Shown here in pieces: positions 35,413 to 44,633 of a DNA stretch of 64,000 nt (positions within the stretch are counted from its first letter, which is position 1; each line of letters starts with the position of its first letter). The stretch lies in the NCBI GenBank assembly GCA_965213995.1, contig OZ243929.1:1807-65806 (forward strand). Direction: 5' to 3'. The translations under genes and the position numbers were made by a program. The notes under the pieces were generated by a model. It did not search any database and had not been told where the DNA came from. It saw only the letters and a list, made by a program, of their open reading frames with translations. The stretch is from Gammaproteobacteria bacterium. Its GTDB lineage: Bacteria; Pseudomonadota; Gammaproteobacteria; Steroidobacterales; Foliamicaceae.

Positions 35413-37089
35413 ATGCTGCCCGTGTACACTGCCCACGCGATGAGCGGCCGCGAGACGATGGAGTTCGACGTGATTGTGGTGGGCGGCGGCCCCTGCGGTC
35501 TTGCCGCCGCTATTCGCCTGGCCCAGCTTGCGCGCTCGGGCGGGCGCGAACTGAACGTTTGCCTTCTGGAGAAGGGCGCGGAAATCGGGGCGCATATCGT
35601 TTCCGGCGCGGTGCTCGAATCGCGGGCCTTGGACGAGTTGCTGCCCGGCTGGCGGGAGCAGGGGGCGCCGCCGGCCACGCCGGTCCGCAGCGACGATTTC
35701 CATTTTCTGCTTTCGCCGCGGCGCGCGCTGAAGCTGCCGGGTTTGTTCATTCCGCATCCGATGCGTAACCACGGCAACTTCATTGCGAGCTTAGGCGCGC
35801 TGTGCCGGTGGTTGGGGGAGCGCGCCGAAACGCTGGGCGTGAATGTGTTTCCGGGCTACCCGGCCTCGGAAGTGCTGTATGAGAACGGGCGCGTGGCGGG
35901 CGTGGCCACCGGGGAGATGGGCCGGGCGCGCGATGGCTCTGAAAAAGCGGGTTTCGAGGCGGGCATCGAACTGCGCGCGCCCTACACCATATTCGCCGAA
36001 GGCTGCCGCGGCAGCCTGGGCAAGGCGCTGATGGCGCGGTTCGGGCTGCGCAAGAACTGCGATCCGCAGCATTACGGCATCGGCATCAAGGAAATCTGGC
36101 GGGCGCCCGATAAGCGTCATAGGCCGGGGGCGGTGGTGCATACGCTGGGCTGGCCGCTGGCGCGGGACACGGAAGGCGGCGGATTCCTTTACCATGCGCA
36201 CGACGGGCTTGTCTATCTCGGCTTTATCGTGGCGCTCAACTACCGCAATCCGCATTTGGATCCTTTCGCGGAGTTCCAGCGCTGGAAGCATCACCCCCGC
36301 ATTCGCGAGGCAATTGAGGGGGGAGAACGCATTTCCTGGGGCGCGCGGGCGGTTAATAAAGGCGGCCTGCAATCGCTTCCGAAGATCGCCTTTCCGGGCG
36401 GTATGCTTGCGGGCTGCGAGGCCGGCTTTCTCAACGGCGCCAAGATCAAGGGCAGCCACACTGCCATGAAGACCGGCATGCTGGCGGCGGAAACGGTTTT
36501 CGAGGCGCTGTCCGGGGGGGACGGGCCGCCTGCGATCCTAGCGGGTTACGAGGACGCAGTGCGTGATTCCTGGGTGCATGAGGAATTATGGCGGGCGCGC
36601 AATTTCGGTCCGGCGCAGCATCATTTCGGCCTGCTGGGCGGCTCGGCCTTCACTTGGCTCGATCAGAACGTGTTTCGCGGGCGGCTGCCTTTCACGCTGC
36701 ATAACCGCGAGCCGGACCACGCGGCCTTGCGCCCTGCGGCGGAATCATCCGGGATCAACTATCCGAAGCCGGACGGCAAGCTGAGTTTCGACAAGCTCTC
36801 CTCGGTTTATCTTTCGGCCGCCAACCATGAGGAAGACCAGCCCTGCCATTTGAGGCTCGCGGATGCGGACACGCCGATTCGCGAAAATCTGCCCCGGTTC
36901 GACGAGCCGGCGCAGCGTTACTGTCCGGCCGCTGTTTACGAAGTGGCCTGGGAAGGGAAGGCGCCGCGCTTCGTCATCAACGCGCCTAACTGCATTCACT
37001 GCAAGACCTGCGATATCAAGGATCCGGCGCAGAACATCAACTGGGTGACTCCGGAGGGCGGCGGCGGCCCCAATTACGCCGGCATGTAG
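35413..37089 (+). CDS. Electron-transfer flavoprotein:ubiquinone oxidoreductase
   Basis: FDVIVVGGGPCGLAAA FAD motif and the C-terminal 4Fe-4S motif CIHCKTCDIKDP. The start is uncertain (ATG 35413 chosen; the track begins at 35332). Confidence 0.9.
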   Translation: MLPVYTAHAMSGRETMEFDVIVVGGGPCGLAAAIRLAQLARSGGRELNVCLLEKGAEIGAHIVSGAVLESRALDELLPGWREQGAPPATPVRSDDFHFLLSPRRALKLPGLFIPHPMRNHGNFIASLGALCRWLGERAETLGVNVFPGYPASEVLYENGRVAGVATGEMGRARDGSEKAGFEAGIELRAPYTIFAEGCRGSLGKALMARFGLRKNCDPQHYGIGIKEIWRAPDKRHRPGAVVHTLGWPLARDTEGGGFLYHAHDGLVYLGFIVALNYRNPHLDPFAEFQRWKHHPRIREAIEGGERISWGARAVNKGGLQSLPKIAFPGGMLAGCEAGFLNGAKIKGSHTAMKTGMLAAETVFEALSGGDGPPAILAGYEDAVRDSWVHEELWRARNFGPAQHHFGLLGGSAFTWLDQNVFRGRLPFTLHNREPDHAALRPAAESSGINYPKPDGKLSFDKLSSVYLSAANHEEDQPCHLRLADADTPIRENLPRFDEPAQRYCPAAVYEVAWEGKAPRFVINAPNCIHCKTCDIKDPAQNINWVTPEGGGGPNYAGM

Positions 37090-37104
37090 CGCGCGCCCGC
37101 AATA

Positions 37105-38280
37105 TCACGGGGTTTCCACCGCGACCGCCACGGCTTCGCCGCCGCCGATGCAAAGCGCCGCCACTCCGCGGCCGCCGCCGCGGTCCCGCAGGGCATGAAT
37201 CAGCGTAACGAGGAGGCGCGCGCCGCTGGCCCCGATGGGATGGCCGAGGGCGCAAGCGCCGCCGCGAGCGTTGACTTTCTTGTGCGGCAAATCAAGATCG
37301 CGCATGGCCGCCATGGCGACGCAGGCGAAAGCTTCGTTGATCTCGAATAGATCGACATCGCTGGCCTTCCAGCCGGCCTTGTCCAGGCACTTCGCAATGG
37401 CGGGTCCCGGTGCCGTCGTGAACCATTCCGGCGCCTGGGCGTGGGTGGCATGGGCAACGATGCGCGCCATCGCCTGCATGCCGAGCTCTTGCGCCCGCTC
37501 CGCGCTCAGAAGAAGCAGGGCGGCCGCGCCGTCGGAAATCGAGGAGCTGGAGGCGGCGGTGACCGTGCCGTTGCTTGCAAAAGCCGGACGCATAAACGGA
37601 ATGCGGCTCAAATCGCAGCGCCCTGGCTCCTCATCCTCTCGCACTTCGGCCGTGCCGCCGCGGCGCTGGTGCCGCACAGGCGTGATCTCCTTGGCGAACG
37701 CCGCCGCCGATTCGAGCGCGCGCTCCACCGAAGCGATTGCGAAATCGTCCTGCTCCTGGCGCGTGAACCCGTAGCGCCGCGCTGTCCGCTCGGCGAAATG
37801 GCCCATGAGCTCGCCGTCGTACGGATTTTGCAGGCCGTCCAGAAACATGTGGTCGCGCAGTTCCTTATGGCCCATGCGCAGGCCGCCGCGGGCCTTCTCG
37901 ACCAGATACGGCGCGTTGGACATCGACTCCATTCCGCCGGCTACGATCATCCTGCCGGGTTCCGCGAGAATCCGGTCGTGCGCCAGCATGACGGACAGCA
38001 GTCCCGATCCGCATACCTTGCTGACCGTGGCGCAAGGCGCGCCGATATTGATCCCGGCGGCCAGCGCCGCTTGGCGGGCCGGCGCCTGCCCCAGGCCCGC
38101 CGGCAGGACGCAGCCCATCAGCACCTCGCCGACATGCTCGGCCTGGCGGCCGGCATCGTCGAGGCAGGCGCGAATGGCGCAAGCGCCCAGTTCAGTGGCC
38201 TGTGCCGCGCTCAAAGCGCCCAGCATGGAGCCGATGGGCGTGCGGCGTGCGGCGGCGGCGATGATTTGCGTATTATTCAT
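37105..38280 (-). CDS. Acetyl-CoA C-acetyltransferase (thiolase II)
   Basis: The active-site Cys context VSKVCGSGL, the C-terminal NARGGACALGHPIGASGAR and GVAALCIGGGEAVA. ATG at 38280. Confidence 0.92.
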   Translation of the reverse strand: MNNTQIIAAAARRTPIGSMLGALSAAQATELGACAIRACLDDAGRQAEHVGEVLMGCVLPAGLGQAPARQAALAAGINIGAPCATVSKVCGSGLLSVMLAHDRILAEPGRMIVAGGMESMSNAPYLVEKARGGLRMGHKELRDHMFLDGLQNPYDGELMGHFAERTARRYGFTRQEQDDFAIASVERALESAAAFAKEITPVRHQRRGGTAEVREDEEPGRCDLSRIPFMRPAFASNGTVTAASSSSISDGAAALLLLSAERAQELGMQAMARIVAHATHAQAPEWFTTAPGPAIAKCLDKAGWKASDVDLFEINEAFACVAMAAMRDLDLPHKKVNARGGACALGHPIGASGARLLVTLIHALRDRGGGRGVAALCIGGGEAVAVAVETP

Positions 38281-38365
38281 TAGGGCGCGCGTGGATAAAT
38301 GCTGCGCAAAGTAGTATTTCAATTATGTTATTTTGACATTAACCAAAAGGGTAGGTGTTGGCACC

Positions 38366-39163
38366 ATGAATCGAATCGGATGGAGGAAGATCGCAGCATC
38401 TTCAATCGCGCCGCTGGCAACGGCTTTTCTGCTGGGCGCGGGCGCCGCCTTGGCGGCGGATCAGCGCGTCAACGAGATGTTGGCGTTGCAGCAGTCCGCG
38501 GCTGGCGACGACCGGCAGGCGCAAGCCGAGATCGATATTCTGGCCGATGAAACGCAGGAGGCTGTGGGCGAATACCGCGTTCGCCTTCAGGCGCTTGATC
38601 GGATCCGGCGCTATAACGACAACCTCCAGCGCACCATCGACGACCAGGAGCGCGAGAAGGCGTCGCTCACCCGCCAGATCGACGAGTTCGGCAGCTTGGA
38701 GCAGGGGATTGTGCCTTTGCTGATGGATATGACCAACGATCTTGAGCGGTTCATCGAGCTGGATGTTCCTTTCCGGATCGAACAGCGCCGCGGGCATATC
38801 ACCCGATTGCGCGACCTTATGGACCGGGCCGATATCAGCATCGCGGAGAAATACCGCAACGTGATGGGCGCTTACCAGGACGAAGCCTCCGTCGGCCGCA
38901 ATATGGAAGCCTACACGGGCGAACTGGAAATCGGCGGCGTTGCCCGGCAGGTCGATTTTCTGCGCGTGGGGCGCTTGCTGCTGGCCTATCAGACGCCGGA
39001 TAGGGAGAAGATGGGCTATTGGGATACGCGCGCAGGCGAGTGGCGCGAACTGGACAGCAGCTACCGCGGCCCGCTAACCATCGGGTTGCGGATGGCGCGC
39101 CGATTGGTGCCGCCCGATATTCTGACCCTGCCGGTGGCGGCCCCGGAAGGAGGCCGGACATGA
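38366..39163 (+). CDS. DUF3450-family periplasmic coiled-coil protein (second TonB2-type cluster)
   Basis: Paralog of 455-1219 with the same C-terminal pattern ...LPVAAPEG. The ATGA overlap joins it to the next gene. Confidence 0.85.
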   Translation: MNRIGWRKIAASSIAPLATAFLLGAGAALAADQRVNEMLALQQSAAGDDRQAQAEIDILADETQEAVGEYRVRLQALDRIRRYNDNLQRTIDDQEREKASLTRQIDEFGSLEQGIVPLLMDMTNDLERFIELDVPFRIEQRRGHITRLRDLMDRADISIAEKYRNVMGAYQDEASVGRNMEAYTGELEIGGVARQVDFLRVGRLLLAYQTPDREKMGYWDTRAGEWRELDSSYRGPLTIGLRMARRLVPPDILTLPVAAPEGGRT

Positions 39164-40554
39164 ACCGGGCGCTGGCCGTGGCGGCGGCCGCCGCCCTTCT
39201 GGCCGGTCCCGGCGGAGGGCTTGCCCAGGAGGACATGCAGGCGGCGGCTTCCGCGGAGCAGGCCGACACGGTTCTTGATCTGCTGGAACTGGTGCGAACC
39301 GAGGCGCGCGAAGGTTCCCGCATGAACCGGGAGCGGGTCGAGCGGTTCCGCCGCGCGCGCGACGAGCGGCAGCGCATGCTGGAAGAGGTCTCGCGCGAGC
39401 TGGCGGCGGAAAATCGCCGCAGCGACACTCTGAACCGGCGTTATGAGCAGAACGAATCAGGCTTGGCCGAGCTGGAGGAGCGGCTGCGGATCCGCATTGG
39501 CAATTTCGGCGAACTGTTCGGCGTGGTGCGCGATGTGGCCGGGGACACGGCGGGCGAGGTGCTCAGTTCCCTAGCTTCCGCCCAGTATCCGGGCCGCGCC
39601 GGGGCGGTTCGCGCCATGGCCCAGGCCGATGAGCTGCCCAGCCTCGAGGATTTGCGCGGCCTGCAGCTGATGCTGCTCGAGGAGATGGCGCAGTCCGGGC
39701 AGGTGGCGCGCTTTGAGGCGGAAATCACCGATCCTTCCGGGCAGACCATGGTGGGAGAGGTGATCCGGGTAGGGGCTTTCAACCTCGTCCACGACGGCAA
39801 GTTCCTTAATCGCGATGCGTCCACCGGAGCCCTTAAGATCCTTCCCCGCCAGCCGGCAGGCCGCTATCTGAGAATGGCGGAAGACCTTGGCGAGGCCAGC
39901 TCGGGCGTTGTGGACATGGCCGTCGATCCTTCGCGCGGGCAACTGCTTGGATTGCTGATCCAGGCGCCGGGAATCGGCGAGCGCATCCAGCAGGGAGGCT
40001 ACGTGGGCTACACCATCATAGGCATGGGCCTGATCGGATTGCTGATCGCCTTGTGGCGGCTGGCGGTGCTGCAGGGCGCGGGAACGCGGATCCGGGCGCA
40101 ACTGAAAACCTCGCAAGCCAGCGAGGACAACGCGCTGGGGCGCATCCTCTCGGTTTACGAACGGCATCGGTCCGGCAACCTCGAGGCGCTGGCTCTCAAG
40201 CTTGATGAGGCGATCATGCGCGAAGCGCCGATGCTGGAGCGCCACCAAGGCATACTGAAGGTGTTTGCCGCCGTGGCGCCGCTGCTGGGGCTGCTCGGCA
40301 CGGTGGTGGGCATGATCATCACCTTTCAGCAGCTGACCCTGTTTGGCACCGGCGATCCCAAGCTCATGGCCGGCGGCATTTCGCAGGCTCTGATCACCAC
40401 GGTGCTGGGCCTGATCGTGGCTATTCCCCTGGTGTTGCTGCACAGCGTGGTGTCCAGCGCCAGCCAAGGGCTGGTGGAGATTCTGGAGGAGCAGAGCGCC
40501 GGTTTGATCGCCCGCAAGGCCGAACGGGAGGCGGAGGCCGCCGCAAGCGAGTAG
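39160..40554 (+). CDS. MotA/TolQ/ExbB proton-channel family protein, long form (TtpC-like, second copy)
   Basis: ATG 39160 overlaps the upstream stop. The C-terminal core reads PLLGLLGTVVGMIITF...GGISQALITTVLGL. Confidence 0.9.
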   Translation: MNRALAVAAAAALLAGPGGGLAQEDMQAAASAEQADTVLDLLELVRTEAREGSRMNRERVERFRRARDERQRMLEEVSRELAAENRRSDTLNRRYEQNESGLAELEERLRIRIGNFGELFGVVRDVAGDTAGEVLSSLASAQYPGRAGAVRAMAQADELPSLEDLRGLQLMLLEEMAQSGQVARFEAEITDPSGQTMVGEVIRVGAFNLVHDGKFLNRDASTGALKILPRQPAGRYLRMAEDLGEASSGVVDMAVDPSRGQLLGLLIQAPGIGERIQQGGYVGYTIIGMGLIGLLIALWRLAVLQGAGTRIRAQLKTSQASEDNALGRILSVYERHRSGNLEALALKLDEAIMREAPMLERHQGILKVFAAVAPLLGLLGTVVGMIITFQQLTLFGTGDPKLMAGGISQALITTVLGLIVAIPLVLLHSVVSSASQGLVEILEEQSAGLIARKAEREAEAAASE

Positions 40555-40577
40555 CGGCGGCCCGGGTCCAAAGCGCC

Positions 40578-41126
40578 ATGTTCCTGTCGGAAGCCTGGGT
40601 TTCAATCCGCAGCTTCTTCGAGCTGGGCGGCCCCGTGCTTTACGGCATCCTCGCCGTCACCATGCTCATGTGGACGCTTATCGTGGAACGGCTTTGGTAT
40701 TTCTTCGGGGTGCTGCCCGGAGAGATGCGAAAGGCGCGCGGGCTTTGGGAAAGCGGCCGCCGTGATGGCTCGTGGTTCGCAACCAATCTTCGCCGCCTTA
40801 TTCTGTCGGAAGTGGGATTAGGCGCGCGCCGCAATCTGGGCCTGATACAAACGCTCATGCAGGTTCTGCCCCTTTTAGGCCTGCTTGGGACGGTTTGGGG
40901 CATGGTGCAGGTGTTCGAGATCATGACGGTGTTCGGCACCGGCAACGCCCGCTTGATGGCCGGCGGCGTTTCGCAGGCGACGATCCCCACGATGTCCGGG
41001 CTGGTGGCGGCGCTTTCGGGCCTGTACCTGTCGGCCTGGCTGAAGCAGCGGGCCAAGATCAAGATGGACGAGCTGGAGGACGCGCTGGAAATGCGTTTCG
41101 GCGAGGAGGCATCGGCCGCCGAATGA
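40578..41126 (+). CDS. exbB: ExbB/TolQ-type protein (second cluster)
   Basis: 182 aa with LLGLLGTVWGMVQVF and AGGVSQATIPTMSGL. Confidence 0.9.
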   Translation: MFLSEAWVSIRSFFELGGPVLYGILAVTMLMWTLIVERLWYFFGVLPGEMRKARGLWESGRRDGSWFATNLRRLILSEVGLGARRNLGLIQTLMQVLPLLGLLGTVWGMVQVFEIMTVFGTGNARLMAGGVSQATIPTMSGLVAALSGLYLSAWLKQRAKIKMDELEDALEMRFGEEASAAE

Positions 41127-41533
41127 TTGAGCGCAGGCAACGCAAGCGGGCGGCCGAAGAGGCCGAAATCAATATCACGCCGATGCTCGATATCGTGTTC
41201 ATCATGCTGATCTTCTTCATCGTGACCACGTCGTTCACGAAGGAACTGGGCGTGGCCCTCGACCGGCCTTCCAACGCGCCGGTCAAGGAGCGGAAGCGCT
41301 CCGAGGTGATCCCGGCGCGGATCGATGCCAACGGGCAGGTATTCATTGAAGGCCGGCTGGTGAACGTTGGCGCTATCCGGGCCAACATCGTGTCCGCCTT
41401 GGCTAGGAAGCCGGATGCCACGGTTGTGGTGATCGCCGACCGCAATGCGGATTCCGGATACATCGTGACGGTGGTTGACCAGGCGAGAGTGGCGGGCGCC
41501 GCGAAGGTGTCGCTTGCCGCCGCGGCGCGCTAG
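41123..41533 (+). CDS. exbD: ExbD/TolR-type protein (second cluster, copy a)
   Basis: ATG 41123 overlaps the exbB stop. Anchor EINITPMLDIVFIMLIFFIVTT. It lies inside the longer track ORF 40772-41533. Confidence 0.88.
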   Translation: MIERRQRKRAAEEAEINITPMLDIVFIMLIFFIVTTSFTKELGVALDRPSNAPVKERKRSEVIPARIDANGQVFIEGRLVNVGAIRANIVSALARKPDATVVVIADRNADSGYIVTVVDQARVAGAAKVSLAAAAR

Positions 41534-41544
41534 AGGCCTAAGGG

Positions 41545-41958
41545 ATGCCGCAAATCCGCAGGCGCAAGCAGGAGGAAGAGGGCGAGATCAATATCACGCC
41601 GATGCTCGATATCGTGTTCATCATGCTGATCTTCTTCATCGTGACCACATCGTTCGTGAAGGAGCCCGGAATCGACCCGTCGCGGCCGTTTGCCCAGACG
41701 GCGGCGACCAAGGAGCGGGGCAATATCATGATCGCGGTATCGAACGGCGACCAGATATGGATGAATAAGAATCGCGTGGAGTTGCACGGCATTCGCCCTC
41801 TGGTGGAGGCGGCGCGCGCGGAGAATCCAGGAAGCAGCGTGATTATCGTGGCCGATCAGGCGGCATCCACCGGCATGGTCATTGACCTGATGGACCAGGT
41901 AAGAGCCGCGGGCATCACCAGCATTGCGCTGGCGGCGGAAGGGGAAGACCGGTTATGA
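41545..41958 (+). CDS. exbD: ExbD/TolR-type protein (second cluster, copy b)
   Basis: 137 aa with the same EINITPMLDIVFIMLIFFIVTT anchor and a divergent periplasmic domain. Confidence 0.88.
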   Translation: MPQIRRRKQEEEGEINITPMLDIVFIMLIFFIVTTSFVKEPGIDPSRPFAQTAATKERGNIMIAVSNGDQIWMNKNRVELHGIRPLVEAARAENPGSSVIIVADQAASTGMVIDLMDQVRAAGITSIALAAEGEDRL

Positions 41959-42596
41959 GCCGGACGGGATGGCGCGCGGCGGGTTCGATAGCCGGCGGAG
42001 CGTTTGTGGCGCTGGCGCTGTTCCTGTTCATGAATACGCTGGTCAGCGGCGGGCGGGGCCAGCAGGCGACCGCTCCCGCCGGGCAGATTGTGGATTTGAT
42101 CCGCATTCAGGAAGACGAAGTGGTGCAGACCAAGCGGCGCATCCGGCCTAGGAAGCCGCCGCCGCCCAAGGATCCTCCGCCGCCGCCCAAACTGCGCGTT
42201 TCCAGCGAAGCCAAGCCGCAGCGGAATCCGATGCGGATTGATCTGCCGCGAATCGACGTGTCCGGCGCCGCGGGCGGCGGCCCCTTCATCGGAAAGTGGG
42301 AGCCGGGCGATCCCGCGGCGGAGGGCGATGCGATCCCCATCGCGCGCATTGATCCGCAATGGCCTCGCGAGGCGCTGATGGACGGCACCGAGGGCTACGT
42401 GCGGTTCCGGATTCTGATCGGCGCCGACGGCAGCGTGAAAGACACGGAAGTCGTCGAGGCCGCGCCCGGCCGCCTTTTTGTTCGCAATGCCACGCGCGCG
42501 GTGCGGCGCTGGAAGTTCAAGCCCCGGGTGGTGGACGGCACGCCGGTGGAGCGCTGGGCCACCACCACGCTGGTGTTCCAGCTGGGCGACGGCTGA
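41955..42596 (+). CDS. tonB: TonB-family energy transducer (second cluster)
   Basis: N-terminal TM segment, Pro-rich RKPPPPKDPPPPPK, and a C-terminal TonB domain QWPREALMDGTEGYVRFRILI...KPRVVDG. Confidence 0.9.
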   Translation: MSRTGWRAAGSIAGGAFVALALFLFMNTLVSGGRGQQATAPAGQIVDLIRIQEDEVVQTKRRIRPRKPPPPKDPPPPPKLRVSSEAKPQRNPMRIDLPRIDVSGAAGGGPFIGKWEPGDPAAEGDAIPIARIDPQWPREALMDGTEGYVRFRILIGADGSVKDTEVVEAAPGRLFVRNATRAVRRWKFKPRVVDGTPVERWATTTLVFQLGDG

Positions 42597-43874
42597 ATGG
42601 CTGCGCGCCTGATTGCTCTGCTCGCCGCGGCGCTGCTCGCGCCGCCGGCCGCCGCGCAGGAAAACAGCGGCGATTTGCCGCCTTGGCATCCGCTGCGGCC
42701 GGACCGCGTGGCGGAGGAGCGCGAAGAGCCGTCGGCATCCATGAGCGAGAGCTTCTACCGGCGGTTGTCGCGCGCCCATGAATTGCTGGAGGAGGACAAT
42801 CTTGCCGAAGCGCTGGAGCTGATGGACCGGATTCGCACCGACCGCCTGAGCGATTACGAGGGCGCCCAGCTCTACCAGACCTACGGCTTCGTCTATTCGC
42901 AGCTCGACCGCGAGGACGAAGCCTTCGAGGCGTTCGGCAAATGCTTGGAGCTGGACGCGCTCCCCACAGCCGTGCAGCAGGGCATCGTGTATTCCGTGGC
43001 CGGCTACTACGCGGGCCAGGAGCGCTTTGAGGAATCCAACCAAACTTTGCTGCGCTGGTTCCGCTATCAGGCGGATCCGGTCGCCGACGCCTACATCCTG
43101 ATGGGTGCCAATTTCGCTCAGCGCGAGAGGATGCGCGAGGCGCTGCCGTATGTGGCGCGGGCCAACCAGCTTGCGGAAGCGCCCAACGAGAGCTGGCGCA
43201 ATCTTCAGCTCGCAATCCATGTGGAATTGGGGCAGCTTGCGGAAGCGATCGATCTGCTCAAGGAGAATATCGGGATATGGCCCGATAATCTCCGCTACTA
43301 CGTTGTGCTGTCCAGCCTCTATATGCAAACCGAAAACGACGAGGGCGCGCTGGCGGCGCTTACTATTCCCTGGTTTCGCGGAATGCTGGCGGAGGAATCC
43401 GATATTCTCAATCTGGCGCGCCTGAACCTGTTTCTTGAGAATCCGGCCCGGGCAGGCATGGTTCTGGAGGAAGCGATGAAGCGCGGCGATGTGCAGGAGA
43501 ATGCCGACAATCTCGGTGTGCTGCTGAATGCTTGGACCATGGCCCGGGAACTGGACCGCGCGGTCGATGCCATCGACAAGCTGGCGCAGCTTTCCGGGGA
43601 TGGCGAGTACTACCACCGCAAGGCGATGCTGCTTAACGAGAGCGGCGACTGGGAGGGGGTGGTGGACTCCTGCCGCTTGGCGATCGAAAAAGGCGGCTTG
43701 GAGCGCCCCGGCGATGTATGGGTGCTAAAGGGCGTGGCGCTGGCCGAATTGCGCCGTTTCGACGATGCCTTGGCAGCGTTCGAGAGCGCCAAGCGCAATG
43801 GCAATGAAAATATCCGCCGCAATGCCAATGCCTGGATCGGTTACGTTAGGGACCGCGTCGGCGATGCTTCCTGA
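42597..43874 (+). CDS. TPR-repeat protein (second cluster)
   Basis: 425 aa with a signal-like N-terminus. Paralog of 4348-5679. Confidence 0.8.
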   Translation: MAARLIALLAAALLAPPAAAQENSGDLPPWHPLRPDRVAEEREEPSASMSESFYRRLSRAHELLEEDNLAEALELMDRIRTDRLSDYEGAQLYQTYGFVYSQLDREDEAFEAFGKCLELDALPTAVQQGIVYSVAGYYAGQERFEESNQTLLRWFRYQADPVADAYILMGANFAQRERMREALPYVARANQLAEAPNESWRNLQLAIHVELGQLAEAIDLLKENIGIWPDNLRYYVVLSSLYMQTENDEGALAALTIPWFRGMLAEESDILNLARLNLFLENPARAGMVLEEAMKRGDVQENADNLGVLLNAWTMARELDRAVDAIDKLAQLSGDGEYYHRKAMLLNESGDWEGVVDSCRLAIEKGGLERPGDVWVLKGVALAELRRFDDALAAFESAKRNGNENIRRNANAWIGYVRDRVGDAS

Positions 43875-43909
43875 GTGAAGCGCGCTTGTCCGGCGGCCTT
43901 GCCTTCCTG

Positions 43910-44620
43910 CTATTCCCCCAGCGCTTCGGCCAGCGCCGACCGGCACGCTTGCGAAAGACTTTCCGCCTGCCTTGAGTGGCGTTCCCGGCCATCGGGATGA
44001 AGCGGGTCCAGGAAATGCACTTTTATGCGCGAGGGGGTGAACAGCCAAGAGCCGGAAGGCAGCAGGCGTCGGCAGCCGCTGATCGCCATGGGAACAACCG
44101 GCAGCCCCCCGGCAGCCGCTGCCGCAAAGGCGCCGGAGCGAAACGGAAGCAGACCGGGTTGCGGGCGAAACGTTCCTTCCGGGAAGATGGCCAGGGACTG
44201 TCCGGCGCGGGCGGCCTTGAGCAGAGTCCGTATGCCGGCAATCCGTCCGGCGCCTTGTTCGCGCTCCACGAAGACGGTCCCGATGCGGCTCAGCATCCGG
44301 CCCGCCAGCGGAACCTGCCGCATCTCGCGCTTGATGACTAGGCGGAAGCGCACGGGAAGCACGGCGCAAAGCAGAATGCCGTCGGCGAAACTTGCATGAT
44401 TAGCCGCAATCACGCAGGGCCCGGACGGCAGGTTTTCCGTGCCGCTCACCACTGGCTGCGCTCCGCCAAGCCGGAGGATAAGCCGCGACGCGGCCCGCGC
44501 CAAACGCCTGCGGCGGGTCTCGCCGGGAATGATGAGTATCGCCAGCGACGCGAGCAGCGCAATGGAGCAGAACACCGTCCAGCCCCAGAACGTATAGATC
44601 AATACCTGCAAACGGGCCAT
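43910..44620 (-). CDS. 1-acyl-sn-glycerol-3-phosphate acyltransferase family protein
   Basis: HX4D motif in VIAANHASFADGILL, and FPEGTF. The start is uncertain (ATG 44620 chosen; the track extends to 44704). Confidence 0.8.
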   Translation of the reverse strand: MARLQVLIYTFWGWTVFCSIALLASLAILIIPGETRRRRLARAASRLILRLGGAQPVVSGTENLPSGPCVIAANHASFADGILLCAVLPVRFRLVIKREMRQVPLAGRMLSRIGTVFVEREQGAGRIAGIRTLLKAARAGQSLAIFPEGTFRPQPGLLPFRSGAFAAAAAGGLPVVPMAISGCRRLLPSGSWLFTPSRIKVHFLDPLHPDGRERHSRQAESLSQACRSALAEALGE

Positions 44621-44633
44621 GCGCGCAAATTTT

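Noticed and set aside
38281-38365. Fur box in the AT-rich divergent region between the thiolase gene and TonB cluster 2
   Set aside because: The best alignments to GATAATGATAATCATTATC gave only about 8 of 19 matches and there is no palindrome. It is probably just AT-rich promoter DNA.
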